Shown: in pieces, positions 7,461 to 16,267 of the stretch
How positions within the stretch are numbered: the stretch's first letter is position 1
How the letters are laid out: every line of letters starts with the position of its first letter
DNA from: Thermomicrobiales bacterium
GTDB lineage: Bacteria > Chloroflexota > Chloroflexia > Thermomicrobiales > UBA6265
DNA length: 26,963 nt
NCBI GenBank assembly: GCA_035634825.1
Contig: DASQCG010000112.1
Location: 1-26,963 of the forward strand
Direction: 5' to 3'
Notes under the pieces: generated by a model
The model's database searches: none
What the model was told of the DNA's origin: nothing
Seen by the model: the letters and a program-made list of their open reading frames with translations, nothing else
Program-made: the position numbers and the translations under genes

Positions 7461-9662
7461 TCACTGCGGGCGGATATCAACGCTGCGCAGGAGCTGGGCG
7501 TTGAGCGCGACGATGATGGTCGACGCGCTCATCATGACGGCGCCGGCGGCCGGTGGCAGGTTGATCCCGAACGGCGCCAGAACCCCGGCGGCGAGCGGGA
7601 TCGCGATGACGTTGTAGCCGACTGCCCAGCCCAGGTTTTCGACCATCTTGCGGTAGGCGGCCCGGGAAAGATTGCGCACGCCGACGACCGCGCGGGGGTC
7701 GCTTGTAGCCAGGATCACCCCGGCTGATTCGATGGCGACGTCGGTGCCGGCGCCGATCGCGATGCCGACATCGGCCCGGGCCAGGGCCGGTGCGTCGTTG
7801 ACGCCGTCTCCCACCATCGCCACGGTCGCGCCACGCTGCTGCAACTCGGCGACCTTGCTCTCCTTGTCCTCCGGCAGAACCTCGGCAAAGACTTCGTCGA
7901 TCCCCAGGTCCGACGCGACACCCTCGGCGACCGAACGGGCATCACCGGTGATCATGACCACGCGCACATCCTGCTGGTGCAGCTCGGCGACCGCCTGGCG
8001 TGACTCCGGGCGGACCTGATCCTCGAGGGCCAGCGCGCCGATCACCTGCCCATCGCGCACGACATGCAGGATCGCCGCGCCGCGTTCCTGCCATGCTTGT
8101 TCGTGCTCAGCGAGCGTGGACGGAATTTCCAGCTTCCGCTCGCGAAGCATCGTTGGCCCACCAACCGAGACCTCCGCCCCGTCGACGGTCGCCTCGACCC
8201 CGCGACCGGCAATCGCGCGGAAGTCAGACGCCTTGGGTACATGGAGCTCCCTCTCCTGCGCGGCCTGGACGATTGCCCGGGCGAGCGGGTGCTCGCTATC
8301 TGCCTCGACCGCCGCGGCCAGGGCCAGCAGCTCATCTTCCGCGACATCGACGGCGGCGAGGTCGGTCACGACGTGCTCGCCGAGGGTCAGCGTGCCGGTC
8401 TTGTCGAAGAGGACGGTATCGACCAGGCGCATTCGCTCCAGCGCCAGCCGGTCCTTGACCAGGATTCCGTTGCGGGCCGCGATTGACGTCGAGATCGCGA
8501 TCACGAGCGGAATTGCCAGGCCGAGGGCGTGCGGGCAGGAGATCACCAGCACCGTCACGGTGCGGGTGATCGCCTCCTCGACGTCGCCGATCAGCGACCA
8601 GACGACGAAGGTGATCAGGCCGGCGCCGACCGCCACGTAGAAGAGCGCGGCGGCAGCGCGATCAGCCAGGGTCTGCGCGCGGGATTGCGATGCCTGAGCC
8701 TCGGCGACCAGGCGCTGAATGCCGGCCAGGGTAGTGTCGTCGCCAGTCGCTTCGACCCTCTCCCGGATCGCGGAGCCGGCCACTACCGAGCCGGCCACGA
8801 CCCGGTCGCCGGTGCCGCGCTCAACCGGGCGGGACTCGCCGGTGATCATCGATTCGTCAAGCTCGGCTTGGCCCTCGACGATTCTGCCGTCGGCCGGGAC
8901 GCGGCTGCCCGGACGGACCAGTACGACATCGCCGTTCTGAAGATCGGAGATGGCGACTCTTTCGGTGCCGTGATCGGTGATGCGTTCGGCCTCATCCGGC
9001 AGCAGCGCGGCGAGGGCGCTCAACGCGCCCTGAGCCTGGCCGATGGCGCGCATTTCCTGCCAGTGGCCGAGGAGCATGATCGTGACCAGCAGGGCCAGCT
9101 CCCACCAGAAGTCGAGGTCGAGCAGACCGAGTGTGGTGGCGGCGCTGGCCAGGAAGGCGACGCTGATCGCCAGCGAGATCAGGAGCATCATGCCCGGCGT
9201 GCGGGCGCGGATTTCGTCCAGTCCCCCCTTCAGGAAGACGGTGCCGCCGTAGAGGAAGACGACCGTGCCGAGGACCGGGGCGATCGCGTTGCTGCCGGGA
9301 AAGGACGGCATCGAGAAGTTGAGCCAATCCTGGACCATGTCGCTGTAGAGCACGACCGGGATCGTGAGCAGCAGCGAAAGCCAGAAGCGGCTGCGGAACA
9401 TCTCGACGCTGTGGCCGGCGTGCTTGTCGTGACCGACATGTGGGTCATGGTCAGCATGGCCACCCGGCGCGATGGCCTGATGATCGATGTCGCGGTGGTC
9501 GGAGATGTCACCCCGGCTGGTCATGTCGTCGTGGTCATGGTCCGCGGGTTTGGGCGGCGCGGGGTGATGATCGGAGTGAGGCGAGTGATCCAACTGTTCC
9601 TCCGCGTCCTGGGGGTACGCCGAACCTTGGGGCACCGAGATCGTCTGGCGGAACCGAGTCAT
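7461..9662 (-). CDS. copB: Copper-translocating P1B-3-type ATPase (CopB-like) with His-rich N-terminus
   Basis: CPH transmembrane motif (SCPHALGLA), DKTGTLT, TGES, SEHPLA, MVGDGVNDAPALA, YN and MSAST in the late helices; His/Asp-rich N-terminal tail. Start ATG 9662 or leaderless GTG 9686. Confidence 0.93.
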   Translation of the reverse strand: MTRFRQTISVPQGSAYPQDAEEQLDHSPHSDHHPAPPKPADHDHDDMTSRGDISDHRDIDHQAIAPGGHADHDPHVGHDKHAGHSVEMFRSRFWLSLLLTIPVVLYSDMVQDWLNFSMPSFPGSNAIAPVLGTVVFLYGGTVFLKGGLDEIRARTPGMMLLISLAISVAFLASAATTLGLLDLDFWWELALLVTIMLLGHWQEMRAIGQAQGALSALAALLPDEAERITDHGTERVAISDLQNGDVVLVRPGSRVPADGRIVEGQAELDESMITGESRPVERGTGDRVVAGSVVAGSAIRERVEATGDDTTLAGIQRLVAEAQASQSRAQTLADRAAAALFYVAVGAGLITFVVWSLIGDVEEAITRTVTVLVISCPHALGLAIPLVIAISTSIAARNGILVKDRLALERMRLVDTVLFDKTGTLTLGEHVVTDLAAVDVAEDELLALAAAVEADSEHPLARAIVQAAQERELHVPKASDFRAIAGRGVEATVDGAEVSVGGPTMLRERKLEIPSTLAEHEQAWQERGAAILHVVRDGQVIGALALEDQVRPESRQAVAELHQQDVRVVMITGDARSVAEGVASDLGIDEVFAEVLPEDKESKVAELQQRGATVAMVGDGVNDAPALARADVGIAIGAGTDVAIESAGVILATSDPRAVVGVRNLSRAAYRKMVENLGWAVGYNVIAIPLAAGVLAPFGINLPPAAGAVMMSASTIIVALNAQLLRSVDIRPQ

Positions 9663-9665
9663 CGG

Positions 9666-9680
9666 TACCCCGCCCGGGTA
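9666..9680. promoter_or_regulatory. CsoR-type operator 1 (TACCC-N5-GGGTA)
   Basis: TACCCCGCCCGGGTA lies between the predicted transcription start and the copB ATG; it matches the G/C-tract inverted repeats bound by CsoR/RicR-family repressors. Confidence 0.75.
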
Positions 9681-9691
9681 TATCACATCTG

Positions 9692-9720
9692 ATTTTACCC
9701 GGCAGGGGTATCCTGTTCAA
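9692..9720 (-). promoter_or_regulatory. Sigma70-type promoter of the copper operon
   Basis: Minus strand TTGAAC (9720-9715), 17-nt spacer, TAAAAT (9697-9692). Confidence 0.8.
9696..9710. promoter_or_regulatory. CsoR-type operator 2 (TACCC-N5-GGGTA)
   Basis: TACCCGGCAGGGGTA fills the -35/-10 spacer and overlaps the -10 element. Confidence 0.8.
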
Positions 9721-9811
9721 GGCTCCGGGTGACCAGACGTGGCGTGGGCGCACCCTGTCGACGACGCGGGGCGCATAATGCCGGTGATTGATCAGGGAAG
9801 GAGGGTCTTGC

Positions 9812-10261
9812 ATGGCTACGATCCGGATCAGGGCCAACCGGCGGCTCAACGCCGCGTCCGATCGGGTCTATCGCTGCATTGCCGACTACCGGACGCATCA
9901 CCCGGCGTTCCTGCCGCCTGCGTTCTCCGGCTTCACAGTCGAGGAGGGTGGAGTCGGGGCCGGTACGGTCATCCATTTCACGCTCAAGGCCGGCGGTCGC
10001 ACGCAGACGTTCCGGCAGCGCGTATCGGAGCCCGACCCGGGCCGGGTGTTGACCGAGACGACGATCGGCACCCAGAACAGCACGACCTTCACCGTCACGC
10101 CTGAGGGCTCCGGCAGTAACGTCGCGATCATGACCGAATACGAAGGCGACCACGGTCTGAGTGGGATGATCGAGCGGTTCCTCGCGCCGCTGCTCCTGCG
10201 CCGCCTCTACAAGGACGAGCTGCAGCGACTGGACACCTACACCCGGACCAATCCGATCTGA
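9812..10261 (+). CDS. SRPBCC (polyketide cyclase/dehydrase-like, START fold) family protein
   Basis: AAGGAGG SD before ATG 9812; VYRCIADY..H.P.FLP, GGVGAGTV, EP.PGRVL.E, TTFTVTP, and a C-terminal helix LYKDELQRL. Confidence 0.85.
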   Translation: MATIRIRANRRLNAASDRVYRCIADYRTHHPAFLPPAFSGFTVEEGGVGAGTVIHFTLKAGGRTQTFRQRVSEPDPGRVLTETTIGTQNSTTFTVTPEGSGSNVAIMTEYEGDHGLSGMIERFLAPLLLRRLYKDELQRLDTYTRTNPI

Positions 10262-10268
10262 GCCGGCC

Positions 10269-11213
10269 TCACTGGTTGGCGACGGCCATCGCCGGACCGT
10301 GCCAGACGCCGACCGACCGCCGGCCGCCCACGGAGTAGAGAATCGCGTTGATCTCGGCTCCGAGGAAAAAGACAATCCCGGTCAGGTTCAGGAATACCAG
10401 CAGGACGATCACGGCGCCCACGGCTCCGTACGCGCTGCCGGGGTTGGAGATGCTCATGTAGAGTCCGAACCCAGCCACCAGGGCAAGCCAGAGCACGGTC
10501 GCCACGATCGTACCAGCGGAAACCCAGCGGAACGGCAGATCGACATTCGGCCCAGCCCAGTACAGCACGGCCAGCGCCAGCATGATGCCGAAGATGCCCA
10601 GCGGCCAGCGGGCAATGCTCCAGATCGTATTGAATGCTGAGCCAACCCCGATCCAATCGGCCAGCCAATTGCCAATCTGCTGGCCGAAGACCAGCAGGGC
10701 GACAACGGCATTTACGAAAAGGACCAACAAGAGCGTCAGGCCGAGTTGTATGCCCTTCTTCTTGAGGAAGGAGCGGTCTTCCTCGACGTCGTAGGCGCGG
10801 TTGAACCCGGTTATCAAGGTGCCGATCGCGTTCGAGGCGGCCCAAAGCGCGAGGATTCCGATCAGGATCACGCCCAGGCTGGCAGCATTGCCGCCGACCT
10901 TGGCGACCGCGTTGTCGACCATCCGCAGCAGCATTTCCTGGGTGTCGGCGGGCGCATGCTTCTTGATCGCGTCCTGTATGTTCTCGACGACGGGGACGTT
11001 CGTTACCTCGTTCAGCAGCGCCGCGAACAGAACGGTCAGGAGGATCAGCGGGGGAATCGAAAAGGTCCAGCTATAGGCAAATGCACCGGCCATGGTCGTG
11101 ACCTGGTCGGCCCCGATCTTCTTGTACGCTCGCTTGGCGAGCTCCTTGGCCGGAATCCGGGTGAAGTCGTCCTTCAACTGGGCTAACGTCGATGCATGAT
11201 CATCCGAGGACAT
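10269..11213 (-). CDS. YihY/virulence factor BrkB family membrane protein
   Basis: AGAFAYSWTFSIPPL, ALWAASNAI..L..GFNRAY, LY..GPN, SAYGAVGAVIVLLVFL....FFLGAEINA; AAAGGAG SD. Confidence 0.92.
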   Translation of the reverse strand: MSSDDHASTLAQLKDDFTRIPAKELAKRAYKKIGADQVTTMAGAFAYSWTFSIPPLILLTVLFAALLNEVTNVPVVENIQDAIKKHAPADTQEMLLRMVDNAVAKVGGNAASLGVILIGILALWAASNAIGTLITGFNRAYDVEEDRSFLKKKGIQLGLTLLLVLFVNAVVALLVFGQQIGNWLADWIGVGSAFNTIWSIARWPLGIFGIMLALAVLYWAGPNVDLPFRWVSAGTIVATVLWLALVAGFGLYMSISNPGSAYGAVGAVIVLLVFLNLTGIVFFLGAEINAILYSVGGRRSVGVWHGPAMAVANQ

Positions 11214-11315
11214 GGCGGGCTCCTTTCCGGCTGAGCGGATGCTGGGATATTGCCCCGATAACCGTTGAAAGCCCTCCCACTGTATGGAGCCGACATTCGA
11301 CGGGCCGGTTTTGGG

Positions 11316-12326
11316 CTACAGCCAGATCTTGAGGTGGTCGATGATCTCGAAGACCAGCCAGCCGATGCCGATGCAGACCGGCACGGTGATGACCCAGGCG
11401 CTGACGATCCGCCCGGCGACGCCCCAGCGCACGGCCGAAGCGCGGCGGGTGGCGCCGACGCCGAGGATTGCCGAGGAGATGACGTGCGTCGTGGAGACCG
11501 GGATACCAAGGCGGCTGGCGACCTCGATCACGCTCGCCGCCGCGGTCTCGGCCGCGAACCCGTCGATCGGGCGGAGCTCGACGACCTTGAGCCCCATGGT
11601 TCGTACGATCCGCCAGCCGCCGATGGCCGTGCCGAGGCCCATGGCCGTCGCGGAAGCAAGGATCACCCAAAGCGGGATGTGCCACTCGGTTCCGGACCAG
11701 CCGTAAAAGCTGGCGAGGGCGAGCGAGATCACGCCCATTGTCTTCTGGGCGTCGTTGCTGCCGTGGCTGTAGGCCATGAAGGCGGCAGACAGGATCTGTG
11801 CCCGGCCAAAGACGCGCTCAACCAGGCGGGGTCGCCAGCGGGCGACCAGCCAGATCAGGCCGAAGATGATCGCGAATGCGCCGATGAATCCGAGCAAGGG
11901 TGAATAGACCATGCCCTTGAGGACTTTGCTGACGCCCTCGAAGATGATCGCCTCGGTCCCGGCCGCGGCGATGCCGGCGCCGACAATCGAGAAGACCAGA
12001 GCGTGGCTGGAGCTGGACGGGATGCCATACCACCAGGTGATCAGATTCCAGGTGATCGCCGCGATGAGCGATGCGCCGACCAATTCCATCGTGGCCAGCT
12101 CGGGCGGAATGATGCCCTTGCCAATGGTCGTCGCGACGGCGGTTCCGGTCAGGGCGCCGAGGACGTTCATGACTGCGGCCATCAGCACGGCGCGTCCCGG
12201 ACTGAGCACCCGGGTGGCCACCGAGGTTGCGATCGCGTTGGCGGTGTCGTGGAAGCCGTTGATGAAGTCGAAGCCGAGACCGAGCGCTACGATGATGATC
12301 AGGACGATCAGATCGGAGCTAGGCAT
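11316..12326 (-). CDS. pit: Inorganic phosphate transporter, PiT family
   Basis: Both PiT signatures present: GFHDTANAIAT and HGSNDAQK; also PSSSSHAL and PVSTTH. Confidence 0.95.
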   Translation of the reverse strand: MPSSDLIVLIIIVALGLGFDFINGFHDTANAIATSVATRVLSPGRAVLMAAVMNVLGALTGTAVATTIGKGIIPPELATMELVGASLIAAITWNLITWWYGIPSSSSHALVFSIVGAGIAAAGTEAIIFEGVSKVLKGMVYSPLLGFIGAFAIIFGLIWLVARWRPRLVERVFGRAQILSAAFMAYSHGSNDAQKTMGVISLALASFYGWSGTEWHIPLWVILASATAMGLGTAIGGWRIVRTMGLKVVELRPIDGFAAETAAASVIEVASRLGIPVSTTHVISSAILGVGATRRASAVRWGVAGRIVSAWVITVPVCIGIGWLVFEIIDHLKIWL

Positions 12327-12960
12327 ATTTGATCAGGATGCCTTCGAGCGTGTGGCCGATGTTCTCGCCCTTGTCGGTGGCGCTTTCGAGTAGTGCGTAA
12401 ATCTCGCCCCAGCGGAGCGCCTTGATGATCTGCGGGACCTCGGTTACGCCGTCGTACAGCGCGGCGAGGGCCTGGTTGAGGGCATCGTCGGCCTCGTTTT
12501 CGAGCCGGTGGAGCTCGAGCGCGCATCGCTGAATCTCGCTGACCTTTTTCCCGGCCTGTTCCAGGTAGGGGATGCCCGTGGCGAGTGTCTCGGCCTGCTC
12601 GAGAAGGATCTTGCAGAGGAGGCGGGCCGGTTCGGTCGGCATTCCCATCTGGTAGAGCCAAATCCGGCGGCCGGCCTCCTCGAGACCATCGACGAAGTCG
12701 TCCAGCATGCTGGCCAGATCGCGGATGTCATCCCGGTCGAGCGGGGTGACGAAGGTGCTGTGGAGGGCTTGGTAGATGCGATGCGTGATGTCGTCGCCGG
12801 TGTGCTCGAGGTCGCGCAGGCGGCGGACCTTGCGTTCGGTATCTGGGCCAAATTCGACGATTTCAGTGAGGAGCTTGGCGGTTTCGAGGGCATTTGCGGC
12901 GGATTCGGTGAAGTGGTCGAAAAATTGCTCATCCCGTGGCAGGAATCGCGCCAATACCAT
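12319..12960 (-). CDS. DUF47 family (PhoU-like) PiT accessory protein
   Basis: GAGGAG SD before ATG 12960; LEHTGDDITH...TFVTPLDRDDI..L...LDD, ENEAD; its stop overlaps the pit start. Confidence 0.93.
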   Translation of the reverse strand: MVLARFLPRDEQFFDHFTESAANALETAKLLTEIVEFGPDTERKVRRLRDLEHTGDDITHRIYQALHSTFVTPLDRDDIRDLASMLDDFVDGLEEAGRRIWLYQMGMPTEPARLLCKILLEQAETLATGIPYLEQAGKKVSEIQRCALELHRLENEADDALNQALAALYDGVTEVPQIIKALRWGEIYALLESATDKGENIGHTLEGILIKYA

Positions 12961-13066
12961 CGCTGTTGCTCCTCGGGTGTGGACCAGGGTCAAACGTGCT
13001 GCCATTGAAAATATTAACAGTCTGCATGCCGAAGCGGGGTCCTGGAATGACCCGCCGCCGGTACAT

Positions 13067-14509
13067 TCAGGACGTTGCCTGGGGATTCCCGGAGAGGGCG
13101 ATGCGTGAGTTGGCGATGATACCCACGGCGGCAACTACCACGAGGACGGCGAAGAGCGCGGTGAATCGCTCGCTTTCGCCCTCGCCCGGTTTGCTGACGA
13201 AGACGATAGCCAGCGCGGTCGAGCCGATGACGCTGCCCAGGTAGCGCGCGGTCGAATAGATGCCCGAGGCGGAACCGGCGCGCTGGACTGGGACTGCTTC
13301 GACCGCGGTCGCCTGGACCGAGGCCCCGGCCACGCCGAGTCCGAGCCCCATTAACCCAAGCGCCATCGCGACCGGCCAGAGCGTCGTGCCGCCGATTGCG
13401 ATGGTCAGGCCGGCCATCCCCAGGAACAGGGCGACCGCGCCGACGACGGCGGGCACCACCCGGCCGCGCGCATCCATCCAGCGCCCACCGATTGGTCCGG
13501 CCAGGGCCGAGAGGGCGGAAAGTGCGGCCAGCGTCAGGCCGGTCACGCGGGAGTCGTGGCCGCGGACGCGCTCGAGATAGAGCGGAATCGCCAGCAGCGT
13601 CGTGTACATGACCAGGTTGCTGATCCCGACCGACGTGCAGGCGGCGGCGAAGGCTCTGGTGCGGAAAAGGCGCAGATCGACGACCGGCGCGGGGCTGCGC
13701 AGCTCCCAGAATACGAACCCGGCTCCGAGACCGAGTCCGCCGAGGGCGAGGGCCACGCCCAGGGCCGGTTGACCGAGCTTCAGGAGCGTCGGCACGACGA
13801 TTAGCGCGGCCAGGGTCGCCGCGAAGAGGGAGGACCCGGCGATATCGAAGTGCGCTCGATGCGTCTCCTCCCGGGCAGCGTCGGCACGTGGCAGGCTGCG
13901 AAGTCCGAGCCCGATCGCTATCGCGACGACCGGCACGTTCATCCAGAAGATCGATTGCCAGCCGAACCAATGGACCAACAGGCCGCCGATCGGCGGACCG
14001 GAGGCCGCAGCGGCACTGGCCGCCATGCCGATCGTGCCGAAGGCGGAGCCGCGGCGCTCGGGCGGGACTCCCTCGCGGACCATCGCCGCGCCGTTCGGGA
14101 AGGAGAGCGCGCCGGCCAGGGCTTGCTGGGTGCGGAAGATGATCAGCACGAGCAAGTTCGGGGCAAAGGCGCAGCCGGCCGAGGCGATCGCGAACCAGGC
14201 CAACCCGAACAGGTAGACGCGCCGGCGGCCGTAGAGATCGCCGAGGCGACCGCCGATCGGCTGGCCGACGGCCATCGCGACCAGGTAGATGGTGACGAGC
14301 CAGGCGGTCGCCGTGACTGAGACGCCGAAGGCGTCCTGGATGTCGGGCAGGGCGACCGCGATCATCGTCGAGTTGAGCGGCGCGAGCGTCGTGCCGACGG
14401 CAACGGTCAGCAGGAGCCAGCGCGTGCGGGACGCCTCCGACCGTGCGGACTCGATCTCGCGGGCGGGCGGTGACGCGCTCGCCGGCTGGACGTGGCTCTC
14501 GGTCGTCAC
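13067..14509 (-). CDS. MFS drug/metabolite exporter, DHA2 (EmrB/QacA-like)
   Basis: APLNSTMIAVALPDI, motif A GRLGDLYGRRR, GPPIGGLL..FGWQSIFWMNVP, VVDLRLFR; GTG start overlaps the upstream TGA (GTGA). Confidence 0.9.
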   Translation of the reverse strand: MTTESHVQPASASPPAREIESARSEASRTRWLLLTVAVGTTLAPLNSTMIAVALPDIQDAFGVSVTATAWLVTIYLVAMAVGQPIGGRLGDLYGRRRVYLFGLAWFAIASAGCAFAPNLLVLIIFRTQQALAGALSFPNGAAMVREGVPPERRGSAFGTIGMAASAAAASGPPIGGLLVHWFGWQSIFWMNVPVVAIAIGLGLRSLPRADAAREETHRAHFDIAGSSLFAATLAALIVVPTLLKLGQPALGVALALGGLGLGAGFVFWELRSPAPVVDLRLFRTRAFAAACTSVGISNLVMYTTLLAIPLYLERVRGHDSRVTGLTLAALSALSALAGPIGGRWMDARGRVVPAVVGAVALFLGMAGLTIAIGGTTLWPVAMALGLMGLGLGVAGASVQATAVEAVPVQRAGSASGIYSTARYLGSVIGSTALAIVFVSKPGEGESERFTALFAVLVVVAAVGIIANSRIALSGNPQATS

Positions 14510-16194
14510 TCAGGTACGTTGAGCATCACGATGCCGCGGCTTCCGTCCACCGTGATGCGCTGCCCAGTCTTGATTGCGCTGATGGCCCCGGCCGCCCCGA
14601 CGACTGCCGGGATGCCGTACTCGCGGGCGACGACCGCACAGTGGCTGAGCGGTCCGCCGGTCTCGGTGACGATGGCCACGGCGACGCCGAAGAACGGTGT
14701 CCAGGCCGGCATGGTCGTCATCGCGACCAGGATTTGGCCCGGCTGCAACGCGGTCGCCTCGCTGAGATTGCGGGCGACGAACGCCTCACCGGTGGCGACC
14801 CCGCGCGAGCCGGCATTGCCCATGAGTTGATCGGGCGCCTCAGCTGGCCGGGGCGGTGCTCCCCAGAAACTTCCCATACCCCGGATCATCAGGTTGTCTT
14901 CGGTCGGCGCTTGGGGTGGAGGGCCAAGGAATGGCGGCGGTGTCAGCGTCATTGCGTGCTCCATCCCGGCGCGGCGCTCGGCGACCATCGTCCTGGTCTG
15001 TTCGCGACTCGATTCGTCGATTGGACTGCCCAGGAGATCGCGGATCTCCTCGAGCCGGAGCATGAAGATATCGTCCGGCGACTCAAGCACTTCGGCCGAA
15101 ACCAGTCGCTTGCCGACCTGCAGGAACAGCAGGCGGGTCCAGGCGACACTGTGCTGGTCGATGTAGAAGTTGTGATCTTCCTGAAGTTGCGCGGCGGTCC
15201 GCGCGGCCTGAACCATAGCCTCGAACTGCTGCCGGACCGGTTCCGGGTAGTTTGCCAAGCGCTCGCGCGCGGCGTTCAGCGCCTCGTCGGCGGCGCGTGC
15301 CTTCTCGACATGGTCCGCGTTCGTATCGAAGTGATTGATGAGGTACGAGCGGACGGCGGATAGCGGGATCATCAGATTTTCGCGCCAGGTCGGGGTCATA
15401 ATATCGAAAAGGTCGGAGCGGTATCCGAACGCATCCAGGTAGCTATCGACGTCGTCGAGAAAGGCGCGGCCCTCCTCCGACAAGCGGAGCTGCTGGATCA
15501 GCGAGTCCATTGGAGTGTCTATGATGAGCCGATCCAGCCCGGTCGTGCGGGCGGACTCCGCGAGATCGGACAATCCGATGCCGGCCGCGACGCTTCGGGT
15601 GAGGCGTCCGCCGAGGAGGGCATGCGCATCGGCCTCAGTTTCGCCGAAAAGGTCGGCATAGAACTCGTCGTAGATTTGCATGGCCAGCATCATCGGCAAC
15701 ACGGTCCGGAAGTGGATTGTCCAGAGCTCGGCCCGGAGCTCCTCGAATTCGCCAAGCATCGACACGATGTCAGCCAGCGGAGCCGTTGCACTAACGTGTT
15801 CCATGGCGATGAAACGGTCGATGATCTGTCGAGTACGTGGCAGGTGCTCGGCGTTCCAGCGGTCGGCCAGGCGAGCGACCTCGCCTTTCATGGTCGCCTC
15901 GAGCGCTTCTCCTCCGGATAGGGCTTCTTCTGGGCTGGCCGGCTCGATCATTTCGACCCGGTCATATTGGTAGAAGTTCTGGTATCGGATGTGCATCGCC
16001 TTGAAGGGCACACCGAATTCCCGCATCGCCTTCTGCCAACCATAGAACGTGCTGGGCTGCAGTGACTGCTGAAGTGGGCTTATCGGGTCCGGGTTATGCA
16101 TCTTGTCCATCGAGTACGTGAGATTGGCGTCCGCCGGGTCGTCCCAATGCACAGGAAAGTCAGGGGTACTGGCTGGCGCGTCGATTACGGTCAT
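14506..16194 (-). CDS. PEP-utilizing enzyme: substrate-binding region plus C-terminal phospho-His swivel domain (C-terminal part of an RPH/phenylphosphate-synthase-like dikinase)
   Basis: C-terminal ILVAMTTMPAWTPFF...VTETGGPLSHCAVVAREYGIPAVVG with the catalytic His; helical middle region FGYRS....PTWRE and EDHNFYID; no ATP-grasp domain. AGGAG SD before ATG 16194. Confidence 0.85.
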   Translation of the reverse strand: MTVIDAPASTPDFPVHWDDPADANLTYSMDKMHNPDPISPLQQSLQPSTFYGWQKAMREFGVPFKAMHIRYQNFYQYDRVEMIEPASPEEALSGGEALEATMKGEVARLADRWNAEHLPRTRQIIDRFIAMEHVSATAPLADIVSMLGEFEELRAELWTIHFRTVLPMMLAMQIYDEFYADLFGETEADAHALLGGRLTRSVAAGIGLSDLAESARTTGLDRLIIDTPMDSLIQQLRLSEEGRAFLDDVDSYLDAFGYRSDLFDIMTPTWRENLMIPLSAVRSYLINHFDTNADHVEKARAADEALNAARERLANYPEPVRQQFEAMVQAARTAAQLQEDHNFYIDQHSVAWTRLLFLQVGKRLVSAEVLESPDDIFMLRLEEIRDLLGSPIDESSREQTRTMVAERRAGMEHAMTLTPPPFLGPPPQAPTEDNLMIRGMGSFWGAPPRPAEAPDQLMGNAGSRGVATGEAFVARNLSEATALQPGQILVAMTTMPAWTPFFGVAVAIVTETGGPLSHCAVVAREYGIPAVVGAAGAISAIKTGQRITVDGSRGIVMLNVPE

Positions 16195-16267
16195 CGCAGG
16201 GTGCTCCTCTCCATATCGGATACGCACGGGTCCGGCACACTGCCGGCACGGGGAATCAGGTGATTCG

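Noticed and set aside
13000-13025. Pho box upstream of DUF47-pit
   Set aside because: No direct repeats at the 11-bp spacing expected for PhoB/PhoP; the AT-rich stretch is better explained as an extended -10 (TGTTAATAT on the minus strand).
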